DNA of 32,000 nucleotides from Sumerlaeia bacterium (GTDB lineage: Bacteria > Sumerlaeota > Sumerlaeia > SLMS01 > JAHLLQ01), in assembly GCA_040219255.1 (NCBI GenBank), contig JAVJSW010000049.1, positions 208,738-240,737 on the forward strand. The letters are read 5' to 3'. Below, piece after piece: positions 19,771 through 28,623 of this stretch; the stretch's first letter is position 1; every line of letters starts with the position of its first letter. A program made the translations under genes and the position numbers. Below the pieces are notes generated by a model, which saw only the letters and a program-made list of their open reading frames with translations, was not told the DNA's origin and searched no databases.

Positions 19771-21381
19771 CTACGGCGCCCGCAGGAACCATCCCGTCGC
19801 GATCACGGGAATCGGCACGCTCGGGTCCAGGGGCAGGGCGTAGAGCGCCAGCGGGTCGGCCGTATCGTTTGGATTTTTCACCTGGAGCACAGCCCGCAGG
19901 TCGTCCGCCGTCACCGCGAAGGCCCGAATGCGGCGCTGATTCGTAAAGGTGCGCGCGGCGATCTGGAGCGGATTGGGATTCGCCAGGCTGGTCCGGTAAA
20001 GCCTCTGGGTGCCGCTGACGGAGGGAACGGTTGCGGCGAACAGCAGTTCGGGTTGGGTGATCGAACCGAGGAATTCGAGGCCGTCCGTCAGACCGCCACT
20101 GTCCAGGTCGGCGATTGCCACAGCGCTGCCTCCCGCGGTGGGCAGGGCCACCAGGGCGTCGCTGAATTCAATGAGCACCTGGGTCCCGCTGGGCGAGAAG
20201 TGGAACGAGCGCGGATTGACGCCGCCGCCGAGGACGACCGCCGTACCCCCCGCGATGGGGACGCTGACCGCTTCCACGGGGGCGCTGGCGTTGAGTCCGC
20301 GCCGGGCATAGATCACGCGCCCGCCGTCGGGCGAGATGGCGAAGGGCGGGTCGAAGGCGATACGCGAGCCCTCGAGCGTGGCCGCGATTCCGCCCTCCAG
20401 AGGGGCGCTCCGCAGCGACCCCGGCGAGGAAATGCCCGTCAGGGGATCGCGCACTTGCGTCTCGAAGACCACGCGGGCGCTGCCGGGGCCGATGCGGAAC
20501 CGGTTGACTGACTGATTGTTCGAGGCGGCGGGACCGAGGCGGACCGGTTCGTCCGAACCGTCCACCGGCGCGGAGTAGAGCGCCGTGTTGCTCTCCGTCA
20601 GGGTCCGGGCCTTGTACACGGCCCGCTGCGAATCGGGGGAAACGGCGAAGTCGGACACGCCCGGAAAGAGATTCGTCCGGCCATCCACCGTGGCGACTTC
20701 CCCGCCACCGACCGGCACGCTGTAGACGCGGGTCCCGCTGTCGCTGAAGACGGCCCGCTGACCGTTCGGCGTGACAGTGAACGCGGCGGCAAAGGCGTCG
20801 CCGCTGATCTCCGTGGGCGCGCTCGATCCGTCCGCGGGAACGCGGTAGAGGTTCCGCCCGCCAACGGTCGATTGCGCGCGAAAGAGCACCTGCTCCGAAT
20901 CGGCGGTGAAGCGGAAATCGTCAGCCGTGTCGCCGAATCCCGGATCCACTCGCACCGGCGTCGTGCTGGCGTCCACCGGCACCGTCAGCAGCGCCACATC
21001 GCCAGTCAGCAAGTCCCGCCGCAGATAGGCGGCGCGCCGGCCATCGGGCGAAAGCCGGAACGAAGAGACCAGCGAAGTGGTCGTGTTGACGTTCTCGCTC
21101 AGCAAAACGGGGTTTTCGCCGCCGGAGACCGCTACGGCGTAGAGGCGAAAGATCTGAGGGTTGTCCGGGTTGGACAGAAAGAGAACCGTTCCGCTGTCCG
21201 GACCGAGAACCGGCGAAGCGGTGCTGCTGCCCGGCTCGCTCAGCAGGATGGCTTGCGGCTGGGCGCGAAGCGACAGAGGAGCGGTGAGCAGAGCGATGGC
21301 AAGGAGGATCGAGAGGCGCACGATGGACGAAGGGGGTCCTTTCCCGGAAACTCGGAGGAGTTGGGACAAAGAGAACCGCAT
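19771..21381 (-). CDS. secreted beta-propeller repeat protein (TolB/PD40-like repeats)
   Basis: The ATG at 21381 gives a signal peptide (VRLSILLAIALLTAPLSLRAQP). Units of roughly 45-50 aa recur, of the form F.vSPDG.r.vy ... lYs.P.dGg.p..l. Examples are FRLSPDGRRAAY, FTVTPNGQRAVF, FAVSPDSQRAVY, FAISPDGGRVIY and FHFSPSGTQVLI. Confidence 0.8.
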   Translation of the reverse strand: MRFSLSQLLRVSGKGPPSSIVRLSILLAIALLTAPLSLRAQPQAILLSEPGSSTASPVLGPDSGTVLFLSNPDNPQIFRLYAVAVSGGENPVLLSENVNTTTSLVSSFRLSPDGRRAAYLRRDLLTGDVALLTVPVDASTTPVRVDPGFGDTADDFRFTADSEQVLFRAQSTVGGRNLYRVPADGSSAPTEISGDAFAAAFTVTPNGQRAVFSDSGTRVYSVPVGGGEVATVDGRTNLFPGVSDFAVSPDSQRAVYKARTLTESNTALYSAPVDGSDEPVRLGPAASNNQSVNRFRIGPGSARVVFETQVRDPLTGISSPGSLRSAPLEGGIAATLEGSRIAFDPPFAISPDGGRVIYARRGLNASAPVEAVSVPIAGGTAVVLGGGVNPRSFHFSPSGTQVLIEFSDALVALPTAGGSAVAIADLDSGGLTDGLEFLGSITQPELLFAATVPSVSGTQRLYRTSLANPNPLQIAARTFTNQRRIRAFAVTADDLRAVLQVKNPNDTADPLALYALPLDPSVPIPVIATGWFLRAP

Positions 21382-21416
21382 GACCGTCCGGGTGCGCAAG
21401 AAGAGGTCCGGCTTCC

Positions 21417-21932
21417 TTAGCCCCCCATCGTCATCTGCGGCTCGTCACTTGTGGGTCCGTAGCTCTGCGGAACGGGCACGTCGAGCAGCCTCAGGTACAG
21501 GCCGAGCTGGGCGCGGTGATGATAGCAGTGGTTGAGAACGAAGCTGCGCATGACCACCACCCGCGGCATGGTGAAGATCACCGAACCATCGGTGCCCTTC
21601 ATCGTCCACATCGCCATCATTTCGTCGTCCGTGGCGTTGGCGAGGGCGGACTTCAGCTCCGCCGAGTGCTTGTCGTAAGTGTCCAGCAGGTCCTCCATAT
21701 CCTTGGCGATCCAGGGTTTATAGATCGCCATGTCCATCACGAACTCCGGCTCCTTGATCGTGGTGATGCCCCAGGTGAGGGACTCCACGATATGGGAAGC
21801 GAGCTGGATCAGGGTCATGCACTTGTCGTGCGGTTTGTAATCGAAGCGATGGGCGGGAACGCGTTCCAGGTGCTTGCGGGTGGCGGCGGATTCGTGATCC
21901 ATTTCCGCGATCAGGGAGTGAGCGATGGCCAT
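21417..21932 (-). CDS. DinB-family protein
   Basis: The ATG at 21932 is preceded by AAAGGAG; the track start at 21992 is TTG. The four-helix DinB pattern is present: LIQLASHIVES and the C-terminal LNHCYHHRAQLGLYLRLL (the H..HRGQ..yLR signature). Confidence 0.7.
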   Translation of the reverse strand: MAIAHSLIAEMDHESAATRKHLERVPAHRFDYKPHDKCMTLIQLASHIVESLTWGITTIKEPEFVMDMAIYKPWIAKDMEDLLDTYDKHSAELKSALANATDDEMMAMWTMKGTDGSVIFTMPRVVVMRSFVLNHCYHHRAQLGLYLRLLDVPVPQSYGPTSDEPQMTMGG

Positions 21933-22272
21933 AAGCCATGGGCTCCTTTCAAAGCAGGCGAGTGCCGATTGGAATAGGTATAAATAATCCAAGGGGACAA
22001 TCTCTCCGCCCAGAGAAAGAGTGCAAGCTGATTGTCATTTGAGGGAGGGGGGTTAAAAACAAATCGGGAGGGAAGGTGAATTTCCGGGGAAATCCAGACC
22101 CGCCCTCACGTCAGCGAAGAATCGGATGTCTCTGAGAAGCGAGGGGACCCGTAAGAGGGACCCGAAACTCTCAAGCCTAGTCTTAATGCACGTGTTGAGT
22201 TTCTTGAGTTGACCGAAACGAAAGGATACCGAACTTTGGGGAGCACGGTGGCCGGATCGGATCGGAGCCGTC

Positions 22273-22299
22273 AAAAAACCGAACTGTGATCAGTCGGTC
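22273..22299 (-). terminator. rho-independent terminator of the cold-shock gene
   Basis: On the minus strand, immediately after the csp stop codon: ACCGACTG-ATCA-CAGTTCGGT (one bulged T) followed by TTTTTT. Confidence 0.8.
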
Positions 22300-22500
22300 T
22301 TAAACCAGCTCGACGTTGCGAGCGGCCAGTCCCTTTTGGCCCTGGAAGGCCTCGAACTGCACTTGATTGCCAACGGCGGGTTGATCCGCCGGCTGCCAAT
22401 TGGAAATGTGGAAGAAGACGTCAGTGCCTTCAGGAGTCTGGATGAAACCAAATCCCCGCTCTGAAATCCACGTCCGGATGGTACCACTTTGAATGCTCAC
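22300..22500 (-). CDS. csp: cold-shock protein (CspA family)
   Basis: The GTG at 22500 is preceded by AAAGGA. The 66-aa product has RNP1-like RGFGFI and RNP2-like VFFHI: SIQSGTIRTWISERGFGFIQTPEGTDVFFHISNW... The N-terminal extension in the track ORF (to 22572) is unlikely to be real. Confidence 0.9.
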   Translation of the reverse strand: MSIQSGTIRTWISERGFGFIQTPEGTDVFFHISNWQPADQPAVGNQVQFEAFQGQKGLAARNVELV

Positions 22501-22739
22501 TTCTGTCCTTTCGGGCGCTCTACGCCCACGTGCCTCTTTGATCTTGTTTTGTTGGCACGATGGGGCTATCAATCCCCAGCTTCGTTTCCCCCGTCAATTG
22601 GATTCCGACCTGGAATCTTACAAAAAGTTAACCGCCCCTCCCCTCGCGCCTTTCCTTGCCCCCTCCATCGCTGCCCTTTTCATTGGTCCCCGCGCCTCTC
22701 ATACGCCCATCGACTCCGCCCCGAAGGACCCACAGATTC

Positions 22740-23756
22740 ATGGCGAAACGACCCCTCCTCCGCTGCTGCCAAAGCGCCGCCCTGGCCGCAGCCATCGGCT
22801 TGATGGCCTGCTCGCGGGAATCCGAGACCGCCACCCCGGTGGCCCCCGGCGGCACCGCCCAGACCTCCACCGCCAAAACCACCACCTCCCCCGCCCAGCC
22901 ATCGCCGGAGGGGGCCTCCCAGCCCGTCGTTTATGTCACAAACTATCCGCTGCTCTACTTCTCCCAGCGGATCGCCCCCGGCGAGTTCGAACTGCGTTTC
23001 CCCGCCCCCGCCGACGAAGACCCCGCCTACTGGCAACCGCCCGCCGAGACCGTCGCCGCCATGCAGAACGCGACCCTGCTCCTCTTCAACGGCGCCACCT
23101 ACGAAAAATTCGCCGGCACTGTCACCCTGCCCGACTCCAAAATCGTCCGCACCGCCGCTCCCTTCTCCGATCGATTCCTCGAACTCGAGCACGCCACCAC
23201 CCACAGCCACGGCCCCGGCGGCGAACACAGCCACACCGGGACGGACTTCAATACCTGGCTCGATCCCCGCCTCGCCACCCGTCAGGCCCGCCAGATCGCC
23301 GAATCCTTCGCCGAACTCGTTCCCGCCAAAGCCGACGAATTCCTCGCCAACTGGAACGCGCTGGACCAAGACCTGGCCGAGTTGGACCGCACCTTCAAGG
23401 GCATGACGATGCCTTATCGGGGCGAGCGCACACTGATGGCCTCCCATCCCGTTTACGCCTACTGGGGCGAGCGCTACGGCATCGGCATCGAAGCCATGCT
23501 GTGGGAACCCGGCGAAATGCCGGACCCGGAGCAGTGGGCCGCCTTCGAAGCCATCCTGGCGGAGCGCCCCGCCCAATACATGCTCTGGGAAGACGAACCG
23601 CTCGACGAAATCAAAGCGAAACTCCGCGAACTCGGCGTCACTCCGATCGTTTTCCTCACGGCGAACAATGTTCGCGATGAAGGCGATTATCTGGAGATCA
23701 TGCGGGCGAACGCGGCGCGCCTCGAACAGGCGTTCCCCCAGCCCGAAGTGAAGTGA
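22740..23756 (+). CDS. metal (probably zinc) ABC transporter substrate-binding lipoprotein, ZnuA/TroA-like
   Basis: The ATG at 22740 gives a lipoprotein signal with lipobox LMAC (MAKRPLLRCCQSAALAAAIGLMAC). It has a His-rich loop, HSHGPGGEHSHTG, followed by NTWLDP, as in cluster A-I binding proteins. No cognate permease or ATPase is adjacent. Confidence 0.75.
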   Translation: MAKRPLLRCCQSAALAAAIGLMACSRESETATPVAPGGTAQTSTAKTTTSPAQPSPEGASQPVVYVTNYPLLYFSQRIAPGEFELRFPAPADEDPAYWQPPAETVAAMQNATLLLFNGATYEKFAGTVTLPDSKIVRTAAPFSDRFLELEHATTHSHGPGGEHSHTGTDFNTWLDPRLATRQARQIAESFAELVPAKADEFLANWNALDQDLAELDRTFKGMTMPYRGERTLMASHPVYAYWGERYGIGIEAMLWEPGEMPDPEQWAAFEAILAERPAQYMLWEDEPLDEIKAKLRELGVTPIVFLTANNVRDEGDYLEIMRANAARLEQAFPQPEVK

Positions 23757-23971
23757 ATCAAAGGGCCCGCGAGACGAAATTCCAGCCAGCCCCGACGGGC
23801 CCGACTGGCGCTTGGAGCGGTTTTGTGGCACAAAAAGCAGTTGTGTTACAAATTCCACTTGTAATCAGCGGATACTTGTCATAGTCAGAGCAATCCCGTT
23901 CCAGAAATGGCTCTCACGGCACGCCTTTCTGAGCCCCTGAAACCTGTCGCATTGGGAGTTCGTCCGTCACC

Positions 23972-25312
23972 ATGAAGCGCTCACTTATAGCCACCACGCT
24001 GGGATGGCTCTGCCTCGCCTCCACGCTTTCCGCCGATGTCACCTTCACCTATCCGGGAAGCGGCACCGAAGTGGCCCCCGACAAAATCTGCATCGCCGGA
24101 TCCTTCAACGAATGGAACGAAACCGCCTGGGCCATGCAACCCGACGATCGAGGCGGCTGGTCCTACACCGCCGACATCGCGGACGGCGAGTACGAGTACA
24201 AGTTCGTGCTCTATCGCCCCGGCCACGAGGTGGAGTGGACCTACGACCCCACCAATAACGCCTACACGCCAAGCGGGATCGGCGGCTACAACTCGTATCT
24301 GAAAGTCCTCAACGGCGATGTCGCCCTCTTCGGCGAAGACGAAGTGGAAGTCTTCACCTGGGACGACAAGGTCCATGCCTTCGCCGAACTGGTCGGCGAT
24401 TTCAACGACTGGAACGTGGGCGGCCTGCCCCTTCGTCAAGAACCCGACGGCGCATGGCGCATCCGATTGAACGTCGAACCCCCGATTTCCTACAAGTTCT
24501 ACGTGGATCAAGTGTGGGAGCACGACCCCAGTTCGCCCAAAGTCTCGGACGGCTACGGCGGCTTCAATAGCCTGCGCGTGCCGGCGGCCGATGGCGACCC
24601 GGGAATCACCGCTTCGAGCACCGACGACGACGTGATCGCTGCGGCGAAGTCCGGCAAGATCACTCAAGAGATGCTGCGCGATCACGCCGAGAACATCTCG
24701 CGCGAAGGCCACTACGAACGCTCGATCCGCATTCTCGGCGATGGCTCCGCCCAGGCCGACCCGGCCAATCGGGCGCGCGCCTGCCTGCAGGCCGCCGAAA
24801 CGCACCGGCGCTTCGGCAATCTGGCGCTGGCGGGTCAAGCCTGGGAGTACGCGCTGCGCAACGGCGCCACGGGCGGCGAGCGCCGCCACGCCCTTTGCGA
24901 ATTGGGCAAGTATCGCCTCTACACGGAAAAGAACCCGCGAGGAGCCCGCAACATCTACCTCGAGGTCCTGCAAATGGCCGCCGACAGCCGCGAGCGCGCC
25001 TCGGCCCACTACGATCTCGGCCGCACCTACGCCCTCGAGCAGAACTGGTCCGGTGCCCTCACCGAGTTTCAGCGCTCCCTCGATGAAGCCCCTTCTCCCC
25101 AGGGCTCCGACTTGAAATGGATGCAATTCTGCATGGACCTGCGCATGGCCCATGGCGAAGCCCTCTACAACGTCGGTCAGTACGGCCGGGCCCGGAAGTC
25201 GTTCCAGGACGCGATCGCCTCCAACCCTTGGGAAGACAACCAATACAGCCAGGCGGCGCAGGATTGGATTTCCCGCTGCGATACGGCGCTGCGCCAGTCC
25301 AAGGGCGGCTGA
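23972..25312 (+). CDS. secreted protein with two N-terminal CBM48/AMPK-beta-like (E-set) domains and C-terminal TPR-like repeats
   Basis: Signal peptide MKRSLIATTLGWLCLASTLSA. The segments IAGSFNEWNETAWAMQPDDRGGWSYTADIADGEYEYKFVL and LVGDFNDWNVGGLPLRQEPDGAWRIRLNV...YKFYVDQVWEHDP fit the GsFn.W ... g.W ... YKF pattern. The C-terminal half is helical-repeat-like (ARACLQAAETHRRFGNLALAGQAWEYAL...). Confidence 0.7.
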   Translation: MKRSLIATTLGWLCLASTLSADVTFTYPGSGTEVAPDKICIAGSFNEWNETAWAMQPDDRGGWSYTADIADGEYEYKFVLYRPGHEVEWTYDPTNNAYTPSGIGGYNSYLKVLNGDVALFGEDEVEVFTWDDKVHAFAELVGDFNDWNVGGLPLRQEPDGAWRIRLNVEPPISYKFYVDQVWEHDPSSPKVSDGYGGFNSLRVPAADGDPGITASSTDDDVIAAAKSGKITQEMLRDHAENISREGHYERSIRILGDGSAQADPANRARACLQAAETHRRFGNLALAGQAWEYALRNGATGGERRHALCELGKYRLYTEKNPRGARNIYLEVLQMAADSRERASAHYDLGRTYALEQNWSGALTEFQRSLDEAPSPQGSDLKWMQFCMDLRMAHGEALYNVGQYGRARKSFQDAIASNPWEDNQYSQAAQDWISRCDTALRQSKGG

Positions 25313-25346
25313 GCCACCACCCGCTTCCCCGCCCCCCTTCTCGAAC

Positions 25347-25706
25347 CTACAGGAGCTTCAGCGCCCCCGTCACTTCCTCCAGGCGCTCGGGCCGGTCCGG
25401 CCCGATGGCGCAACAGGTGGCCGTGGGCAAGCCCTTGAACTCCGTCTTCCCGCTATCGACGATCAGGTGCGATTCGAGGCCGTGCTCCAGCGCCCGCGCG
25501 TGAATCGCCTGCAAGGCTTCCTCGCTCTCCACACGCACACAAACCTTCGTGAAGGCCCCGTCGATCCAGGCCCGCTGCTCGTCCGTCAGCGGCGCCGAGG
25601 ACCGGACCCGATGCGCCAGAAACGCCATCGCCGCATGCGCTCCCTGGGCGATCATCTTGCCCTTTCGCATGTTCAGATCGGTGCGCATCACGATGATTTG
25701 TTTCAT
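25347..25706 (-). CDS. pth2: peptidyl-tRNA hydrolase, PTH2 (archaeal/eukaryotic) type
   Basis: The ATG at 25706 gives a 119-aa product. MKQIIVMRTDLNMRKGKMIAQGAHAAMAF ... KVCVRVESEEALQAIHARALEHGLESHLIVDSGKTEFKGLPTATCCAIGP ... VTGALKLL matches the PTH2 family pattern along its whole length. Confidence 0.85.
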   Translation of the reverse strand: MKQIIVMRTDLNMRKGKMIAQGAHAAMAFLAHRVRSSAPLTDEQRAWIDGAFTKVCVRVESEEALQAIHARALEHGLESHLIVDSGKTEFKGLPTATCCAIGPDRPERLEEVTGALKLL

Positions 25707-25876
25707 GGCTGTCACATTCGGCGATCGCATTGGGACTCCGCCCGGAGCGTGCGGAAGGGTTTTCGCATAGCGGAGGATTCTCCCGGGGGACAAGCGCTCC
25801 TTGCTCCCCGATTCCCGTGGCGATAGAACTTCGGCTCTGCCGCGCGAATATCACCGACGAAGGACACCCCCTGCCC

Positions 25877-27013
25877 ATGACCACCGACCCCCGCGACGTC
25901 CAGCTTGCCGAAATGCTGGTGGCCTACTCGGTCGCCGCCAAACCTGGCGAACTCGTCTTCATCCAGTGCATCGGCGCCGACACGCTGGCCCTCGGCCACG
26001 CCTGCCAGAAAGCCGCCGCCGCCGCCGGGGCCGCTCCCTTCCTGCATTTTCAGGACCCCGCCGCCCATCGCGAATACCTGATGACCTGCGACGATGAAGG
26101 CCTGCGCCGCCTCGCCCGCTTCGAAACCGTGCAGATGAAGGACGCCGACTGCTACATCGGCATCCGCGGCGCCGGCAATATCTTCGAAACCAGCGATGTG
26201 CCCCAGGATCGCATGAAGGCCTACATGGACATCGTTTACAAGCCCGTCCACCTGCAACACCGGGTCAAGGGCACGCGCTGGTGCGTGCTGCGCTATCCGA
26301 ACCCGGGCATGGCCCAACTGGCCCAGAAATCGACGGCCGCCTTCGCCGGCTTCTATTACGATGTGTGCCTGGTGGATTATGCGCGGATGGCCAAGGCCGT
26401 GCAGCCCCTCAAGGACCTCATGCTCCGCACCGACCGCCTCGAAATCACGGGACCCGGCGAAACGAACCTGACCATGAGCATCAAGGACATCGGCGTGGTG
26501 CCGTGCTGTGGAAACCACAACATCCCCGACGGCGAGTGCTTCAGCGCCCCCGTCCGCGACAGCGTCAACGGCGTCATCCAGTTCAACACCCCGACGGTGT
26601 ATCAGGGCATGCCCTTCGACAACGTCCGCCTGGAATTCCGCGAGGGCAAAGTGGTGGACGCCCGAGCCGCCAACCCCAAGCAGACCAAAGCCCTGAACGA
26701 AATCCTGGACCGCGACGAGGGCGCCCGCTACCTGGGCGAAGTGAGCGTCGGTTTCAACCCGGCGGTGCGCGAAGCGATGCGCGATATCCTGTTCGACGAG
26801 AAAATCGGCGGCAGTCTCCACATGGCCCTCGGCGAGTGCTACGACGAAGCCCCCAACGGCAACCAGTCGGGCATTCACTGGGACCTGGTTCTGATCCAGC
26901 GCGAGGAGTACGGTGGCGGCGAAATCCGTTTCGACGGCCGCCTGATCCGCAAGGACGGCGTGTTCGTCGTCGACGAGTTGAAAGGCCTGAACCCGGAGGC
27001 GTTCGGGAAGTGA
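25877..27013 (+). CDS. aminopeptidase, M29 (AmpS/PepS/aminopeptidase T) family
   Basis: The ATG at 25877 gives a 378-aa product. The N-terminus is LAEMLVAYSVAAKPGELVFIQ. The C-terminal metal-site region GGSLHMALGECY...NGNQSGIHWDLVL is typical of M29 enzymes. Confidence 0.8.
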   Translation: MTTDPRDVQLAEMLVAYSVAAKPGELVFIQCIGADTLALGHACQKAAAAAGAAPFLHFQDPAAHREYLMTCDDEGLRRLARFETVQMKDADCYIGIRGAGNIFETSDVPQDRMKAYMDIVYKPVHLQHRVKGTRWCVLRYPNPGMAQLAQKSTAAFAGFYYDVCLVDYARMAKAVQPLKDLMLRTDRLEITGPGETNLTMSIKDIGVVPCCGNHNIPDGECFSAPVRDSVNGVIQFNTPTVYQGMPFDNVRLEFREGKVVDARAANPKQTKALNEILDRDEGARYLGEVSVGFNPAVREAMRDILFDEKIGGSLHMALGECYDEAPNGNQSGIHWDLVLIQREEYGGGEIRFDGRLIRKDGVFVVDELKGLNPEAFGK

Positions 27014-27186
27014 CGGGTCCGGCCGCGCACGATCGCGGTCAGGCACAGCCCTCGCTTTTCTTCTGGCAGACGAGAGACGTTCCCGTCATACTCGGCAGCG
27101 CCTGGCATCCGCGGCCTTCGCCAAAGGGCGGATTCCGGAGAGGCGTATCCAATCCCAAGATGTCTTCGGAAAGGAATCCCAACACA

Positions 27187-27591
27187 ATGAACCACAATCA
27201 GAAAGCCGCCATCATCGTTGTCATCGCCATTATGGCGTTGATGTTCCTGTTCCCGCCCTTCTCGAGGCGGGCCAATATCGAGGAGTTCGTCGTCGAACCG
27301 AGCCGCGACGGCGCCATGCAGGTCGTTCGCGAAAAGACCGATTTCCAGGGCCGCGTGCCCATGGGTTATGGTTTCATTCTCTTCCCGCCGACCCATGGGG
27401 AAGCGGTGCGCGTGAACTTCGGCCGGTTGTTCTTGCAGTATTTCGTGCTGGCCGGCGTTTCCCTGCCGGTGATTTTTCTGCTGCGCCGCCGCGTGCCTCG
27501 CCGTGTTTTCGCCGAACCGCACGAAAAGGTGAATGCGCCGCAGGAAACGCACAATCCTCCTGGCGGCCGCACCACTCTTAACGCTAGCTAA
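27187..27591 (+). CDS. small membrane protein (two predicted TM helices)
   Basis: The ATG at 27187 is preceded by GGAAAGGA; there is an alternative ATG at 27160. Hydrophobic segments are AAIIVVIAIMALMFLFPPF and LFLQYFVLAGVSLPVIFLL. This is the 3-prime part of the artefactual long ORF 26281-27591. Confidence 0.55.
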   Translation: MNHNQKAAIIVVIAIMALMFLFPPFSRRANIEEFVVEPSRDGAMQVVREKTDFQGRVPMGYGFILFPPTHGEAVRVNFGRLFLQYFVLAGVSLPVIFLLRRRVPRRVFAEPHEKVNAPQETHNPPGGRTTLNAS

Positions 27592-27630
27592 AGCACTCGC
27601 CTTCGCTCCGGGAGCCACCGTCGACCCCCT

Positions 27631-28596
27631 ATGCCGCCCGCCGCAGTGCCCTTCGAACGTCTGTTTGAACTCCGTCCCGGCCTGACCGCCGCCAATGCCT
27701 GCGGGTTTCATCGCCTCGAACCGGGCGAGACGGTGGCGAGCCACGCGCACGCGGCCGCCGAAGTGCTGCTCTGTCTGACGGGCGGCGCCCGGATCGATGC
27801 GGGCGGCGAGTCGGCGGACCTGTCCAGCGGCCAAGTGCTCGTCATCGAAACGGGCACTCCCCACGCGATCACGCAAGTCCACCAGCCCACAATCCTGATG
27901 TGGGTTCGCGAGGGTGGGCAGGGCCCGGTGCCGGAAACCGCCCCAGGCCGGGCGATGGCCTCGCCGGGGCGACAGGGCCATTCGCTGGCGCTGGATTCGG
28001 CGAAGACGTTCGTTCCGGCGCTGTTGTCGCGGCGGCCGGGGGATCTGATGGTTCGCCTGCCGGGCGCGCGCGCGCTGAACGATCTGCAAGCCCGCGAAGT
28101 CCGCAAGTGCTGCGTTCAGAACCGCCAAGCCCTCGCCGTTCTGTGCCTCCACGCCGAACCCGCGCACATCGAAGCCAAAGCCTTCGACAAGGAACTGCGT
28201 GCCAATACGCGCCACCTGCGGCCCCATGTGGTCAGTCTTTGCCTCGATCCGGTGGACGACCTTTTCCCCGAAGTCTTCCAGGCCGTTCGCGAGTACTGGC
28301 TACCTTGGGCCCGAGTTGACAATTTTCAACTGGCTTTCCAATTCGCCTTCCGATCGTGGAGCGAGGCCGAATGGGCCGACTTGAGCGCCTGGCTCGATCC
28401 GCTGGCTCCGGCCCATTGGGGCGTGGTTCTCGAATGGAATCAGGACCTCCACCTCGCCGATCAGGCTTTGGGGCGGGCGCGGCTCCTGGCTCTTCTGCCT
28501 TGGCTCAAGGCCGTCGTTTGCCTGCCCGAGGAAGCGCAAGCCCTGGGGGATTTTCTGAACCCGTTGGGTTGGCAGGGATGGATCGTTGTCGACTAG
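27631..28596 (+). CDS. cupin-domain protein with an uncharacterised ~220-aa C-terminal extension
   Basis: GETVASHAHAAAEVLLCLTG fits cupin motif 1, G(X)5HXH(X)3E(X)6G, exactly. GQVLVIETGTPHAI approximates motif 2. Confidence 0.7.
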   Translation: MPPAAVPFERLFELRPGLTAANACGFHRLEPGETVASHAHAAAEVLLCLTGGARIDAGGESADLSSGQVLVIETGTPHAITQVHQPTILMWVREGGQGPVPETAPGRAMASPGRQGHSLALDSAKTFVPALLSRRPGDLMVRLPGARALNDLQAREVRKCCVQNRQALAVLCLHAEPAHIEAKAFDKELRANTRHLRPHVVSLCLDPVDDLFPEVFQAVREYWLPWARVDNFQLAFQFAFRSWSEAEWADLSAWLDPLAPAHWGVVLEWNQDLHLADQALGRARLLALLPWLKAVVCLPEEAQALGDFLNPLGWQGWIVVD

Positions 28597-28623
28597 CCTC
28601 CACCCCCAATCCGTTTCTTTCTG

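Noticed and set aside
19301-19843. 180-aa plus-strand ORF overlapping the GGDEF gene and the downstream intergenic region
   Set aside because: It is Arg/Gly/Pro-rich and crosses an intergenic region. The minus-strand frame carries the GGDEF-fold motifs.
22053-22274. 73-aa ORF on the minus strand between csp and the DinB-family gene
   Set aside because: It starts inside the csp terminator region. It has no RBS, a Ser/Arg/Leu-rich composition, and no recognisable family.
22626-22639. AAGTTAACCGCCCC in the csp/znuA-like intergenic region, resembling part of the 54-bp IR (AAGTTTAACCGCCC)
   Set aside because: Only a 10-nt exact core (TTAACCGCCC) matches and the similarity does not extend. This is within chance expectation for a 54-bp query over both strands.
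23826-23842. TGGCAC-N5-GCAG upstream of the CBM48/TPR gene, resembling a sigma-54 -24/-12 promoter
   Set aside because: The GG-to-GC spacing is 8 nt instead of the required 10 nt, and the -12 element is not TTGC.
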